Below, piece by piece: positions 10,434 through 20,059 of a DNA stretch of 64,000 nt. Made by a program: the position numbers and the translations under genes. How positions within the stretch are numbered: the first letter of the stretch is position 1; each line of letters opens with the position of its first letter. The notes beneath the pieces are model-generated. The model searched no databases. It was given only the letters and a program-made list of their open reading frames with translations, and was not told where the DNA came from. Source of the stretch: an uncultured Planctomycetota bacterium (GTDB lineage: Bacteria; Planctomycetota; Planctomycetia; Isosphaerales; Isosphaeraceae); assembly GCA_963823665.1 (NCBI GenBank), contig CAWGMQ010000006.1:832001-896000 (forward strand), in the 5' to 3' direction.

Positions 10434-10943
10434 TCATCGCCCCTGTTCAAGCTCGATGCCCTTGATCTGGTCTCGCAGCCGGGCGGCTGACTCGTAGTCT
10501 TCGGCTGCCACGGCGCGCTTGAGCTCGTTGCGGAGCTGAATGAGCGTCGTCTGCTGCTGCGTGTTCCGGGGCGCCCTTCTGGGCACCTTGCCCGAATGCC
10601 GGGTTTCGCCGTGAATGTTCTCGAGGAGGGGCATCAACTCGTCGCGGAAGACCTCATAATCATACGGACACCCCAGCCGGCCCGAATTGCGGAACTCGAG
10701 AAACGTGATCTGGCAAATGGGGCAAACCTGCTTGTCGGCGGGGGATGGCTCGCGCAGCGGCCCCTGCCCGCTGACGATCAGCTTCTTGGCCAACTCGCTG
10801 ATCGGCTGCTCGGAGGTCTCGTCGGCGGGCGCGAGATGCTGTCGGGCGTGCTCGTCGCAGAAATGAAACTCGCGATGCTTCCCCTTCTCGACAATGTCGG
10901 TGATGTGAAAGGTCGCAGGCTTCGGGCATTTCTCGCATCTCAT
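10434..10943 (-). CDS. mcsA: McsA-like protein, copy 1
   Basis: CEKC, CDEHA, CPICQ, GRLGCPYDY, HSGKVP, EDYESAARLRD. Confidence 0.9.
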   Translation of the reverse strand: MRCEKCPKPATFHITDIVEKGKHREFHFCDEHARQHLAPADETSEQPISELAKKLIVSGQGPLREPSPADKQVCPICQITFLEFRNSGRLGCPYDYEVFRDELMPLLENIHGETRHSGKVPRRAPRNTQQQTTLIQLRNELKRAVAAEDYESAARLRDQIKGIELEQGR

Positions 10944-11071
10944 GGGGCGTCTCCGCCAGGCCGCCTGTGGTGCAAACAGGCGTGGCTTCCCGTTTCTCTG
11001 GCACGGTCAACCGGACTCGTCGCAACGAGCGATGCCCCTTGGTTCCCGATTGAAGCCTGATCGCTTTTTGT

Positions 11072-11099
11072 ATTGTAATTTCCCCATCCGGGGTGTCAA
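11072..11099 (-). promoter_or_regulatory. Sigma70-type promoter of the mcsA-mcsA-mcsB operon
   Basis: Minus strand reads TTGACA-N16-TACAAT, about 130 bp upstream of the mcsA start. Confidence 0.7.
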
Positions 11100-11290
11100 G
11101 CAACCGAGCCCGCCCCAACCGGGGCGGCTCCCCGCCTTTCGCTCGGGATTTCTCACTCCGGTAAGCACTCGACACCGGTTCGTGCGTCGGCGAGGATACC
11201 CGGGAAGCCGGCGGCGGGCTCGCCCGGAATCTGCGGAGATCGAGCCCGGAGGCTCCTTCCGAGCCTGGTCGCGCTGCCCCGGCGCGCGCC

Positions 11291-12892
11291 TCACCGCGCA
11301 AACCGCTTGAAGAACGAAGATTCCTTCCACCGCGGCCGGCTCTCCCGGTTGGCGACGCGCGCGAGCAGTTTGGCCACCAGGCTGTCAAATTCACCGGCTG
11401 CCTGCTTGTCCACGGGCTGATTGACGTCATCTGCCGGCCCATGGTACCGCTCGGTCAGCCACTTCATGACGATTTCTTCCTCGGGCGAGCCCTTGTCAAA
11501 GCCGACCATCACCATCAGAGACGGAATGCCACGCCGGATGAAGCTGTACTGGTCGCTCCGGATGAAGACATTCCGCTCCGGCACCGGGTCCGGGCGCGGC
11601 AGCACCCCCGACACCCTCGCGACCTCGGCCGCATCGTCGCCCAGGTCGGATTCCTCACCCCCGAAGACCGACAGCTTCTTGAATGGATAGAGCGGCAGAA
11701 TCATGTCGATATTGATGTTGGCCACGATCTTCTGCGCGTCCACGGTTGGTGACTGGGCAAAGAACCGCGAGCCGAGCAGCCCTTTTTCCTCGCCCGTAAC
11801 CGCCACGAACAGCACCGAGCGCCTGAGCTTCGTTCCGGACTCCGTAAGCATGGCGGCGACATCGAGCAGTGTGGCCACGCCCGAGGCGTTGTCCATCGCC
11901 CCATTGTAAATGTCGTCGCCCTTGATCGGCTTGCCCACGCCAATATGATCGAGGTGCGCCGTGAAGACGACGTATTCGTCCTTGAGCACAGGATCATTCC
12001 CCGGCAGCAAAGCGACGACGTTCTGGGACAGGATTGAAGCGCGCTCCACCTTGGCCTTGGCTTCCAATCGCGCCGGCAGAGCGAAATGCGGCAGCGCCTT
12101 TTGCGAATTCGCCGCGTCGACGATTTCCTGGAACGTATGCCCCGAGCCCTCAAAGATCTTTTCGGCGTGGGCCGGGTTGATCACGACCATGAGCTTCATC
12201 CCCTGCGTTTCATCGAGCGCGGGGTCGGCGAAGCCCATCGACGGCATGAAGCGGGCGAGCTTGGCGCGTTCCCAGGGGATGTCCATGGTCTTCGGGTTCT
12301 GGATCATGATCACGCCCAGGGCCCCATGCTGCTTGAGCAGGGCGGCGCGTTCGGCGGCAGACTGCATGTGCGAGGCCAGCGGTCCGGCGATCTTTGCCGG
12401 TGCGCCGGAAAGGAACACGACCAGCTTGCCGCCGACGTCGAGGCCGGCGAAGTCATCGTGGTTTGCCTCCGGAATCGAGAGGCCGTAGCCCGCGAAGACC
12501 AGATCGGCTTCGAGTGTTGCCGGTGTGTCCACGCGCGTGCTGAGGATGGCATCCTCACCGAGCGTCAAGGGCTCGCGGCGGCCGTCGCGCACGAGCACGA
12601 GCCCCGACTCGCCTTCCACGAGGGTGCGGGATGTCAGCTTGACGCTTTGGAAGAAACCTTCGCTGCCGGCAGGCCCGAGCCCGGCCCGGGCAAACTCGCG
12701 CGCCACGTACTCGGCCGCCTGGCGATGACCCTCGCTGCCGGTGTCACGGCCGCGCAGCTTATCGTCGGCCAGAAACAGGACGTGCGACCACCACCGCGCA
12801 CCATCGGGCGCATCGGCGCTCTGCGCGTTTTGTGCGATCATCGCGGAGCTGACGACAATGGCCATCAATCCGATCAATCTCGAGCGATTCAT
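11291..12892 (-). CDS. Secreted M28 family metallopeptidase with PA domain
   Basis: Signal peptide; TAHLDHIG, NGAMDNASG, TGEEKGLLGS, NINIDM, RSDQYSF, YHGPAD. Confidence 0.92.
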   Translation of the reverse strand: MNRSRLIGLMAIVVSSAMIAQNAQSADAPDGARWWSHVLFLADDKLRGRDTGSEGHRQAAEYVAREFARAGLGPAGSEGFFQSVKLTSRTLVEGESGLVLVRDGRREPLTLGEDAILSTRVDTPATLEADLVFAGYGLSIPEANHDDFAGLDVGGKLVVFLSGAPAKIAGPLASHMQSAAERAALLKQHGALGVIMIQNPKTMDIPWERAKLARFMPSMGFADPALDETQGMKLMVVINPAHAEKIFEGSGHTFQEIVDAANSQKALPHFALPARLEAKAKVERASILSQNVVALLPGNDPVLKDEYVVFTAHLDHIGVGKPIKGDDIYNGAMDNASGVATLLDVAAMLTESGTKLRRSVLFVAVTGEEKGLLGSRFFAQSPTVDAQKIVANINIDMILPLYPFKKLSVFGGEESDLGDDAAEVARVSGVLPRPDPVPERNVFIRSDQYSFIRRGIPSLMVMVGFDKGSPEEEIVMKWLTERYHGPADDVNQPVDKQAAGEFDSLVAKLLARVANRESRPRWKESSFFKRFAR

Positions 12893-13023
12893 TGGCTCTC
12901 CAGTTCGGGCAAGTCAGCGACGCTTGATCCACAGAAGGTGAATGGCTCCGCCACGTTCAGCGACACTGCATTTCAGCCGATGACGGGTCAGCGGGCAAGT
13001 GTTTGCGGTTGGGCGTGACTCGC

Positions 13024-13740
13024 TCAGCTTTCCCAGGGCGGCAAGAGAATGAACGCCACGGCCGTGATGATCCAGAACCATCCCAGGGCATGGCCGGCGC
13101 GATCGATCCAGGTCGTTTCGGATCGCCAGAGCCGCGACGACCAGAGTGCCAGGTACGCGCCGGCGACGGCCAGGCCGGGAGCTTCGCCGATCGAGAAGGC
13201 CATCGAATTGGACAGCGTCAATCCGGCGAGCCGCATGCCTCTTGCGTAGCCACCTGCGGAATTCGTGAGCATCACCACGTCCGAGAACCGGGTCGCCAGG
13301 TCGAGAAAATAATTGGCCACTTCGAGCGATAGAACGATCGCCGCGACGGCGCAAGCCGACGCGCCGGGACTGCGAAAACACTGTGCCAGTGACGGTCGAG
13401 GCTGCCGCAATCGCAGCAAGCAGAGGGCGAACGTCAGGGGCGCGAAGAAGGCGGCCAACGGATGCAGCGACCGGCGAAGCACGACGAAAGTCAGGGGCGA
13501 GATGAAGCCGCCCAACGGATCCAGCGGCCGGCGAAGCAGGCCATCGGCCGTTGCGAAGGAAATCAGCAACGTTCGGGCCTCGATCGTCCAGGCAACACCC
13601 AGGGAGAGGGTTGCCAGAAGCGCCAGCGCGTCGACGGTCGTGAATCGTCGCTCGGGTGGGGGGCGGTCGGTCGTTTCTCCTTGGAAGATGCGATTGAACA
13701 TCAACTCCTGCCTGGCCAGCGCTCGCTCGATGTGTGTCAT
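13024..13740 (-). CDS. Multi-pass membrane protein of unknown function (paralog A)
   Basis: Several hydrophobic helices; RRFTTVDALALLA, PGASAC, WIDRAGHALG; ATGA overlap with upstream gene. Confidence 0.7.
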   Translation of the reverse strand: MTHIERALARQELMFNRIFQGETTDRPPPERRFTTVDALALLATLSLGVAWTIEARTLLISFATADGLLRRPLDPLGGFISPLTFVVLRRSLHPLAAFFAPLTFALCLLRLRQPRPSLAQCFRSPGASACAVAAIVLSLEVANYFLDLATRFSDVVMLTNSAGGYARGMRLAGLTLSNSMAFSIGEAPGLAVAGAYLALWSSRLWRSETTWIDRAGHALGWFWIITAVAFILLPPWES

Positions 13741-14399
13741 AATGGCAGAAGGAAAAAATGGCACGCCGCGAAGATCCAGAAAACCCCGATCAATCGCCCC
13801 GCGCGATCGATCCAGCTCCGCTCTGGCCGCCACGCGCCGGTCAGGATCAAGGCCAGCCATGCACCGCCGATGACGATACCGGCGTGGCGTGGCATCCAGA
13901 TCAGCGTTGTTCGCAGCGGATCCTGCATCGCCGGGGAGAGGATATCATTAAAGTTCCAGCCCCAGAATCTGGCGTGCGGTGGATCCTGAGTCACGTACAG
14001 GATCTGATGAACGCCGGCGACGGGCCAGATGGCTTGCCGCACCAGCTCGAAGATCAGCACGGCCGTTCCGGCGAGGCACGCAACGGCGCCCGGCCGACGC
14101 GCCCGCCAGAATCGACCGCGCAGACCACCGCGCCGCGCGCGGAGCATGAGGAACACCATCCAGGGGCAGGCCAGCGCGGTTTCTACATAAATGGCATCCT
14201 TCGTGAACACGCGAGTCATTTGATAGAACGGACGATCGCCGAGAAACCATTTGGTGTACTGCGGCCTATTGGAGTACTGGCCGGCGAAAAGCTGGATGGT
14301 GTCCCACTGTGCCTGGACCCAGGCAAAACCGATCGCCGTCGCCGCGATGGCGAGCATGGCGTCTTTGATCCGGAAGCCGTCGCGTTTCGATCGCCGCAC
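13737..14399 (-). CDS. Multi-pass membrane protein of unknown function (paralog B)
   Basis: GFRIKDAMLAIAA, PGAVAC, WIDRAGRLIG; GTG start inferred. Confidence 0.7.
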   Translation of the reverse strand: MRRSKRDGFRIKDAMLAIAATAIGFAWVQAQWDTIQLFAGQYSNRPQYTKWFLGDRPFYQMTRVFTKDAIYVETALACPWMVFLMLRARRGGLRGRFWRARRPGAVACLAGTAVLIFELVRQAIWPVAGVHQILYVTQDPPHARFWGWNFNDILSPAMQDPLRTTLIWMPRHAGIVIGGAWLALILTGAWRPERSWIDRAGRLIGVFWIFAACHFFLLPL

Positions 14400-14444
14400 G
14401 CGTACCCCCTGAGAATCAGCCGCCGCTTTGCGGATGCGCCCGGA

Positions 14445-14466
14445 TCTCGGGTCTGCGTGCCCGAGA
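14445..14466. promoter_or_regulatory. Inverted repeat, candidate TA operator
   Basis: TCTCGGG-N8-CCCGAGA about 50 bp upstream of the antitoxin start. Confidence 0.35.
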
Positions 14467-14514
14467 CAGCACGGCTCAACTCGGTTAGGATGGTGGTATT
14501 GAAAGGAGCGACCG

Positions 14515-14757
14515 ATGGCCATTCTCACCCCGGAACAGCGGCAAGAGATTCAGAAGGCAGGCGAGCAGCCCGTCCGATTCGCCGATCCCGAGACACAAAC
14601 GGAGTACGTGATCATCAAGGCGGACGTTTACGACCGTATCCGTGCGTTGGCCGATGATACGCGGGCCGCCTATCCGCTCGCAATGAAGGTTTTCGGACAA
14701 GACGGTTGGGACGATCCGCAAATGGATGAATACAACGCTCTCGATCCCCGCAAATGA
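14515..14757 (+). CDS. Putative type II antitoxin (80 aa, acidic C-terminus)
   Basis: AAAGGAG RBS; ATGA-coupled to a PemK/MazF toxin; acidic tail GWDDPQMDEY. Confidence 0.75.
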   Translation: MAILTPEQRQEIQKAGEQPVRFADPETQTEYVIIKADVYDRIRALADDTRAAYPLAMKVFGQDGWDDPQMDEYNALDPRK

Positions 14758-15104
14758 GCGTGAAACGCGGCGACGTTGTGCTTGTCGACTATCCGTTCAC
14801 GACGGGTGGAGCGAAGGTACGCCCCGCTCTGGTCGTGCAGAACGACCGCGACAACGTTCGGATGGCCAACACAATCGTCGCCCAAATCTCCGGAAACACT
14901 GCTCGCGTGAACGAGCCCACGCAACGTCTGATCGAGCTCGCGGCTGAGCCAAGCTGTGGGCTGACGAGGGATTCGGCGCTGATCGCGACAAACCTGCTGA
15001 CGATGCAACAGAACGATGTTTTACGCGTCTTGGGATCGCTGACGGCCGCCGCGTCGATGGCTCAGATCGATGACTGCCTGAAAGTCGCGCTCAGCCTCCG
15101 ATGA
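14754..15104 (+). CDS. mazF: PemK/MazF family endoribonuclease toxin
   Basis: KRGDVVLVDYPF, KVRPALVVQND, GLTRDS, MAQIDDCLKVAL. Confidence 0.92.
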   Translation: MSVKRGDVVLVDYPFTTGGAKVRPALVVQNDRDNVRMANTIVAQISGNTARVNEPTQRLIELAAEPSCGLTRDSALIATNLLTMQQNDVLRVLGSLTAAASMAQIDDCLKVALSLR

Positions 15105-15155
15105 ACCAACTGCTCTGGTTGGCCGTGGCGTTCGACGTTGCGCATTCTCCGCATC

Positions 15156-16673
15156 TTATTGCGATTTCACCGCTGTGATGACGACCGCAATATTGCCACC
15201 GCCGTCGGCCAGGAACGTGATCAGCTTGATTCCATCCGAATCGGACTTTCCGGTCTTCTTCATCGCCTTTTCCAGCACCGCAGAGAGATTACGTCCGTAT
15301 GGGGTCCTCGTATCGATCGGGAGCTTGAGCTCGACGTCCTGGCCCTTTCCTTTGAGCTCCGCGCCGCCCAGCACAGTATCATTCTGAGGATCGTAAAACT
15401 CCGCGGCCCGCAGCCCACGGTCGTCTCGAGCTTTGAGCGACACTGCGATTGCTGGCGCTCGCCCTCGGAGCGCCTTCAGCGTGACCTCCGCCGTGGGCGG
15501 GGTGTTGTCCGTTCGATCGGTCTCGGGCACGAGATAGCGCGAGACATACAGGAGCCGCGCGTTTTCCTTCGAGAACGCGAGCCGCGGTTTCTTGGCCGAT
15601 GCAGGAAGATAATTGACCCGCAGGTCGCGGAAGCCCTGGCCCATGATGTCGTTCGCGCTGCGCCAGTCGTGCGGCAATCCCAGCGCGTGCCCGAGCTCGT
15701 GCGCGGCCGCCCCGAAGCCGTCTTCGATGAATTCGAATCGCGGCGCGTCGAGCTGCCTTGTCCCGAAGGATGTCCTGCCCACGATCGGCGTTTTGTCGAA
15801 AAGCAGTTTCTTCTGCTCGTCATAACTTGTCGCGCAGAATTCGTCGCGAAGGATCCAGGCCGACATCATTGCCAGGCCGCCATCCGTCGTGATGTGAACG
15901 CCGCGGCCGACCGATCCTCGCCATTCCACCGGCGCCGGGCCCGGATCATACGCTTCCGGGAACACGATCATCATGTGCCGCCGCGGTGAGCCCGCCTCGG
16001 CGGGTAGGTCTTCCGCGATCCTCTGAAACTGCTTGGCGTCGTCGTAAGCTGGACCATCATTGTAATAGGAAGCGGGCTTGTCTCCTCGAACCAGGTGAAT
16101 GATTGGCTCACCTTGCGAATTCGTCTCGAATGCAAGCTCGGCGGATCGATGGCCGTCGGTTTTCAAATCAGCGTAGACGTCAGCGACCAGGCGCATGACC
16201 ACGCGAATCTTTTGTTCGAAACGATCGATCGGCGTGCGGTCCTTGGGGACGAAATAGACGAGGCGGATCTTCCAGTCGGTTGGAACGAATTGAATGGACT
16301 TCGGCAAGTCGTCGATCTTGATCCATTTTCCTTTTTCCCACGGTTGCCAGTCCGTGGCGGCGGGCAGTCGCAACTCGCCGTGCGTCGCGTGCACTCTCAA
16401 TCCGACATCGCGTGACCGATCAATGAGCTCGATCGTATCATCGGAGCGCGCGGTTTCTTCGAACGCGTAGGTTTCCCGCGATCCCACGACCTCGACCCAG
16501 CGAGTCGAGTAGTCATGGTTCAGAGCTCCGCCGGAAGCTTGGTCGCCATACCGGAACACTCTTCGCTCCGGCTCCGAAGCCGGTGCGCCGGTTCCGAGCG
16601 CCGCGATCAGGCCGGACACGAGGGCGAGAAAGGAAGATCGCATGGCACGCAAGCTCCGAGTCACGGTGAACAA
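15156..16673 (-). CDS. Secreted zinc metallopeptidase-like protein
   Basis: Signal peptide; HELGHALGLPH (HExxHxxGxxH) followed by IMG Met-turn. Confidence 0.75.
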   Translation of the reverse strand: MFTVTRSLRAMRSSFLALVSGLIAALGTGAPASEPERRVFRYGDQASGGALNHDYSTRWVEVVGSRETYAFEETARSDDTIELIDRSRDVGLRVHATHGELRLPAATDWQPWEKGKWIKIDDLPKSIQFVPTDWKIRLVYFVPKDRTPIDRFEQKIRVVMRLVADVYADLKTDGHRSAELAFETNSQGEPIIHLVRGDKPASYYNDGPAYDDAKQFQRIAEDLPAEAGSPRRHMMIVFPEAYDPGPAPVEWRGSVGRGVHITTDGGLAMMSAWILRDEFCATSYDEQKKLLFDKTPIVGRTSFGTRQLDAPRFEFIEDGFGAAAHELGHALGLPHDWRSANDIMGQGFRDLRVNYLPASAKKPRLAFSKENARLLYVSRYLVPETDRTDNTPPTAEVTLKALRGRAPAIAVSLKARDDRGLRAAEFYDPQNDTVLGGAELKGKGQDVELKLPIDTRTPYGRNLSAVLEKAMKKTGKSDSDGIKLITFLADGGGNIAVVITAVKSQ

Positions 16674-16751
16674 GAATACGTTTCACGTTATGCTATTCAA
16701 GTGGTCGTCAATCAGCGACGATTTTATTCTATTCGCGAGGGCTTTCGAGCT

Positions 16752-17819
16752 ATGCGTCGCTTCATGAGATTGTTGCTTCATACTTCAGTTCCGTTTCGGG
16801 CGTGCTGGTGCTTTGCGAGCAAATCGAAACACTGCGTTTCCCTGACTTCAATAGTTGCGCTGCTCTCCTGCGCGTACATTGCGTTCGAATCTCGCACCCT
16901 TCTGGCCGCGCAACCCGACAAGGCCCTGAAGCAGCAATTATTGCGTGAAGCGCCGGATGCATGGGGGCGCTGGAAAGAATGGACAGCGCACAGCGAGTCC
17001 GAGTTTTCGGAAGAAGAGCTTCGCCGTTCCTCGCCTGGTAAACCGATATCCTCGATAGTCTTACAATATCATTTACAGGGTACGACGCGCCGACGGCATT
17101 TCTTCAAAACGCTTCCTGATGGGCGTAGGTATGAGGAGATCGCGATTCGGCGTGGCGACCGGTATTTCTTTTATGCCGAGCGATATGATGACGGTCAACT
17201 TAACGTCACGGAGGTTCGTCCTGGCCCGGCACCCGAAGACGAGCGCACTGTTCCGCCGGTTCTGGAGGCACCCTATACGGTCTATTACAGGGACCTCGCG
17301 GAGTTGGTTAAGAATCCACGATTTGTGTTCGACGTTGCCGCGGTGGACGGCAAAGACCCTTCGGAGCGTGTAAGACTGACCTTCAAATATGATCCGAAAG
17401 GCGAACAGATACCGCGCATCCTGGAAGGATGGGTTGAATTGTGTCCGCGAGACGATTGGGCGGTGAGTGAGTTTCTGATCAAACAGCCGAAGGGGAATTT
17501 CATAGGACGGAAAATTCAATACGGCGACGGGAGCGGCCCACAGAAGCCATTGGTGCAAGTCATCACGAGTTATCTTGGGGTCGATGGAAAAGCGCAGGGA
17601 GATCAGTCAGTCGCGCTATTCAAGAAACAACTGCCGTCGCAGAAGCCCGATGAGTTTTTTAGTTTCTCTGCGGTTGGCCTTCCAGAGCCTGAACTGGGTG
17701 AAGACGAATCTCGATGCGGCTCGATCGACGTGCAACCGAAAACGATGAGCCTTCTTTCGCCCGGCGAGTCGAGTCGGGCAGGACTGAATCCTTTTGTTAC
17801 ACCCGTTCGTGCCGAATGA
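16752..17819 (+). CDS. Hypothetical exported protein
   Basis: Long ORF with N-terminal hydrophobic segment; 'FFSFSAVGLPEP' near the C-terminus; start uncertain. Confidence 0.6.
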   Translation: MRRFMRLLLHTSVPFRACWCFASKSKHCVSLTSIVALLSCAYIAFESRTLLAAQPDKALKQQLLREAPDAWGRWKEWTAHSESEFSEEELRRSSPGKPISSIVLQYHLQGTTRRRHFFKTLPDGRRYEEIAIRRGDRYFFYAERYDDGQLNVTEVRPGPAPEDERTVPPVLEAPYTVYYRDLAELVKNPRFVFDVAAVDGKDPSERVRLTFKYDPKGEQIPRILEGWVELCPRDDWAVSEFLIKQPKGNFIGRKIQYGDGSGPQKPLVQVITSYLGVDGKAQGDQSVALFKKQLPSQKPDEFFSFSAVGLPEPELGEDESRCGSIDVQPKTMSLLSPGESSRAGLNPFVTPVRAE

Positions 17820-18288
17820 TGTTGAAGTGCTCTTCGATCGAAGGTGGCTCAAAATACGCTGTGATGGCGTCGAACTCGGCGTCAGTCGTCCAGGCAGTGC
17901 CCGCAGGAAGCCCCTTGCTTCGTTCTTTGAGCTGACACTTGCACACAACGTCCAAAGCATCGATGAAATGGAGCTCATGCTTGGCTCCGGCGGCCTCGAT
18001 TAGTTGGCGGAACCAAGCTCGCTGGCTCCTTGTGTTACCTGGGAAATCGAGTACGACCGAAATGCCCTTGGAAAGCAACGAGCAAATGTGGGGCCCCAGG
18101 GCATCCTTGAGCCGGAATGAGTACTTCATGAAGCCCGGGATGTCGACGATTTCTCCGGGGAAAAGCCGCTCCAGGAATTCGTCCTGAACCAGAAGAACAG
18201 CATTTTCTCGCTCAGCGAGCTGTCTCGACAACGTCGACTTGCCAGCGGCCATCTTTCCGCAGAGGAAGAGCAGCTTTCCCTTGCACAT
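17797..18288 (-). CDS. Small P-loop kinase/AAA_33-like ATP-binding protein
   Basis: LCGKMAAGKST Walker A; VVLDFPGNT; FEPP. Confidence 0.85.
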   Translation of the reverse strand: MCKGKLLFLCGKMAAGKSTLSRQLAERENAVLLVQDEFLERLFPGEIVDIPGFMKYSFRLKDALGPHICSLLSKGISVVLDFPGNTRSQRAWFRQLIEAAGAKHELHFIDALDVVCKCQLKERSKGLPAGTAWTTDAEFDAITAYFEPPSIEEHFNIIRHERV

Positions 18289-18297
18289 TTCGTCACC

Positions 18298-18882
18298 TCA
18301 GTATTTTCCCGCTGCGCGGACCATCGCCGCCGCCGATTCTCTGCCGAATTGTTTCTGTATAGCCCTCATCCACCGATACCCTACTTTGATGATTCCCCGC
18401 GGCCGGGAAAACGCGAGGATGTCGTACCATACCCCGCCATCCGCGGGATTCCACTCCACCAGGAACCGCTCCTCACCGATCGCGGGGTGGTCGGGGAGCG
18501 TTCCGTACGCGTAGCCGTACTCGCAGTTTGGTTCTTTTTTAGCATCGATCACATAAATAACCCGGCACGCATTCAGCCACCACAAACCGAACTGATGTGC
18601 CATCACGGCAACGTGGTTCCCGGGCTGGATCGACTCTGTTTCGGCTCGGGCCTCCACCCATCCGAGCCGGAACTGTTCCCACGTCTTGAGCGCGGCTTTG
18701 GCCCGCTCGAAGACCTGCTCTCCCTGCCCAATTTGAACCCTCGTGTGATCCAACACGAAACCGGCGGGCGGTTGCCTCAGCGACCGTGTGGCTCCGACGG
18801 AGCTGTACGTGAAGGCACGCCCGGCCTGCGCCTTCAAGAACTTTGAAACTGTTTCAGGCTCGGGCCGGCGCAGCAAGATCAT
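18298..18882 (-). CDS. DUF1990 family protein
   Basis: FTYSSVGAT, NACRVIY, GYAYGTLPDHPAIGEERF, AFSRP. Confidence 0.88.
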   Translation of the reverse strand: MILLRRPEPETVSKFLKAQAGRAFTYSSVGATRSLRQPPAGFVLDHTRVQIGQGEQVFERAKAALKTWEQFRLGWVEARAETESIQPGNHVAVMAHQFGLWWLNACRVIYVIDAKKEPNCEYGYAYGTLPDHPAIGEERFLVEWNPADGGVWYDILAFSRPRGIIKVGYRWMRAIQKQFGRESAAAMVRAAGKY

Positions 18883-18994
18883 CTGTCGTCCTTGGGACAG
18901 ATTGCCAGGTCAGGATCGGAGGATCATAATCGAGCACGCGACCTCGGTCAAAGGCCGGGCGCGGCTCACCGAAGAGAGGAGCTCGAGACTTACC

Positions 18995-20055
18995 ATGTCT
19001 ATCGACACTTCTGCCCTTGAAGCATTCATGTCCAAGATGGTCGGACACATGACCGGCGGGGCGATCTGCTTCAGCATCTGGCTGGGCGATGAGCTGGGCC
19101 TTTACCATGAGCTGGCGAATAGCGGGCCGCGCACGGCGGAATCTGTCGCCGCGAAGACCGGATGCAACCCCCGAGTCGTCCGCGAATGGCTTGATGGGCA
19201 GGCGGCGGCCGGGCTGGTTGCGTATGACACGACTGGAGACACGTATGAGCTTGGCCCGGAAGCCGCGCTTGCTCTCGCGGATGAAAATTCGCCCGTCTTC
19301 GTGGCCCGGGGGATGAACACGCTGGGCTCCATGTTCATGGACATGCAGAAGATCGCGGCCGCATTCCGGAGCGACGGAGCCATGAGCTGGGGCGAGCACC
19401 ACCCCTGCCTCTTTGCCGGAACCGAGTGGTTCTTCCGCACTGGATACCGCGCTCACCTGTCGAACTCATGGATTCCCTCCCTGGACGGCGTCGCCGCCAA
19501 GCTCAAGACCGGCGCTCGCGTCGCGGATGTCGGCTGCGGTCACGGCGCCTCTTCGGTGGCAATGGCGATCGCGTACCCGAACTCGACGATCCACGGATTC
19601 GATTTTCACCCTCCCTCGATCGAGACCTCACGCGCCCGCGCTCGCGACGCCGGCGTGGGCGACCGCACGAGCTTTGAGGTCGCCTCGGCCACGAATTACA
19701 CCGGCGAGTTCGACCTGATCTGCTTCTTCGATTGCCTTCACGACATGGGTGATCCCGTCGGGGCCGCGCGGCACGCGCGCGAGCATCTCCTTCCCGGCGG
19801 CACGGTCATGCTGGTCGAGCCCTTCGCGCTCGACTCGCGCCGCAGAACATCGCGGAAAACCCGATGGCTGCCCTGTTCTATGTGGCGTCTTCCTGCGTCT
19901 GCACGCCCAACTCGCTTTCGCAAAACGTCGGCCTTGCCCTGGGCGCCCAGGCCGGCGAGGCCAAGCTCCGTGAGGTATTCCATGAAGCCGGATTCAGCCA
20001 CTTCCGGCGCACCAGCCAGACGCCGATGAATCTAGTACTCGAAGCGAGGGTGTGA
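18995..20055 (+). CDS. Class I SAM methyltransferase with N-terminal wHTH (frameshift near 19845)
   Basis: LGDELGLY, VREWLDGQAAAG, VADVGCGHG, FDCLHDMGDP; C-terminus CTPNSLSQ...LGAQAGE...TPMNLVLEAR in another frame. Confidence 0.88.
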
Positions 20056-20059
20056 CGCG

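Noticed and set aside
11162..11188. Full CIRCE element
   Set aside because: Right arm matches only 4/9; kept only as a weak note
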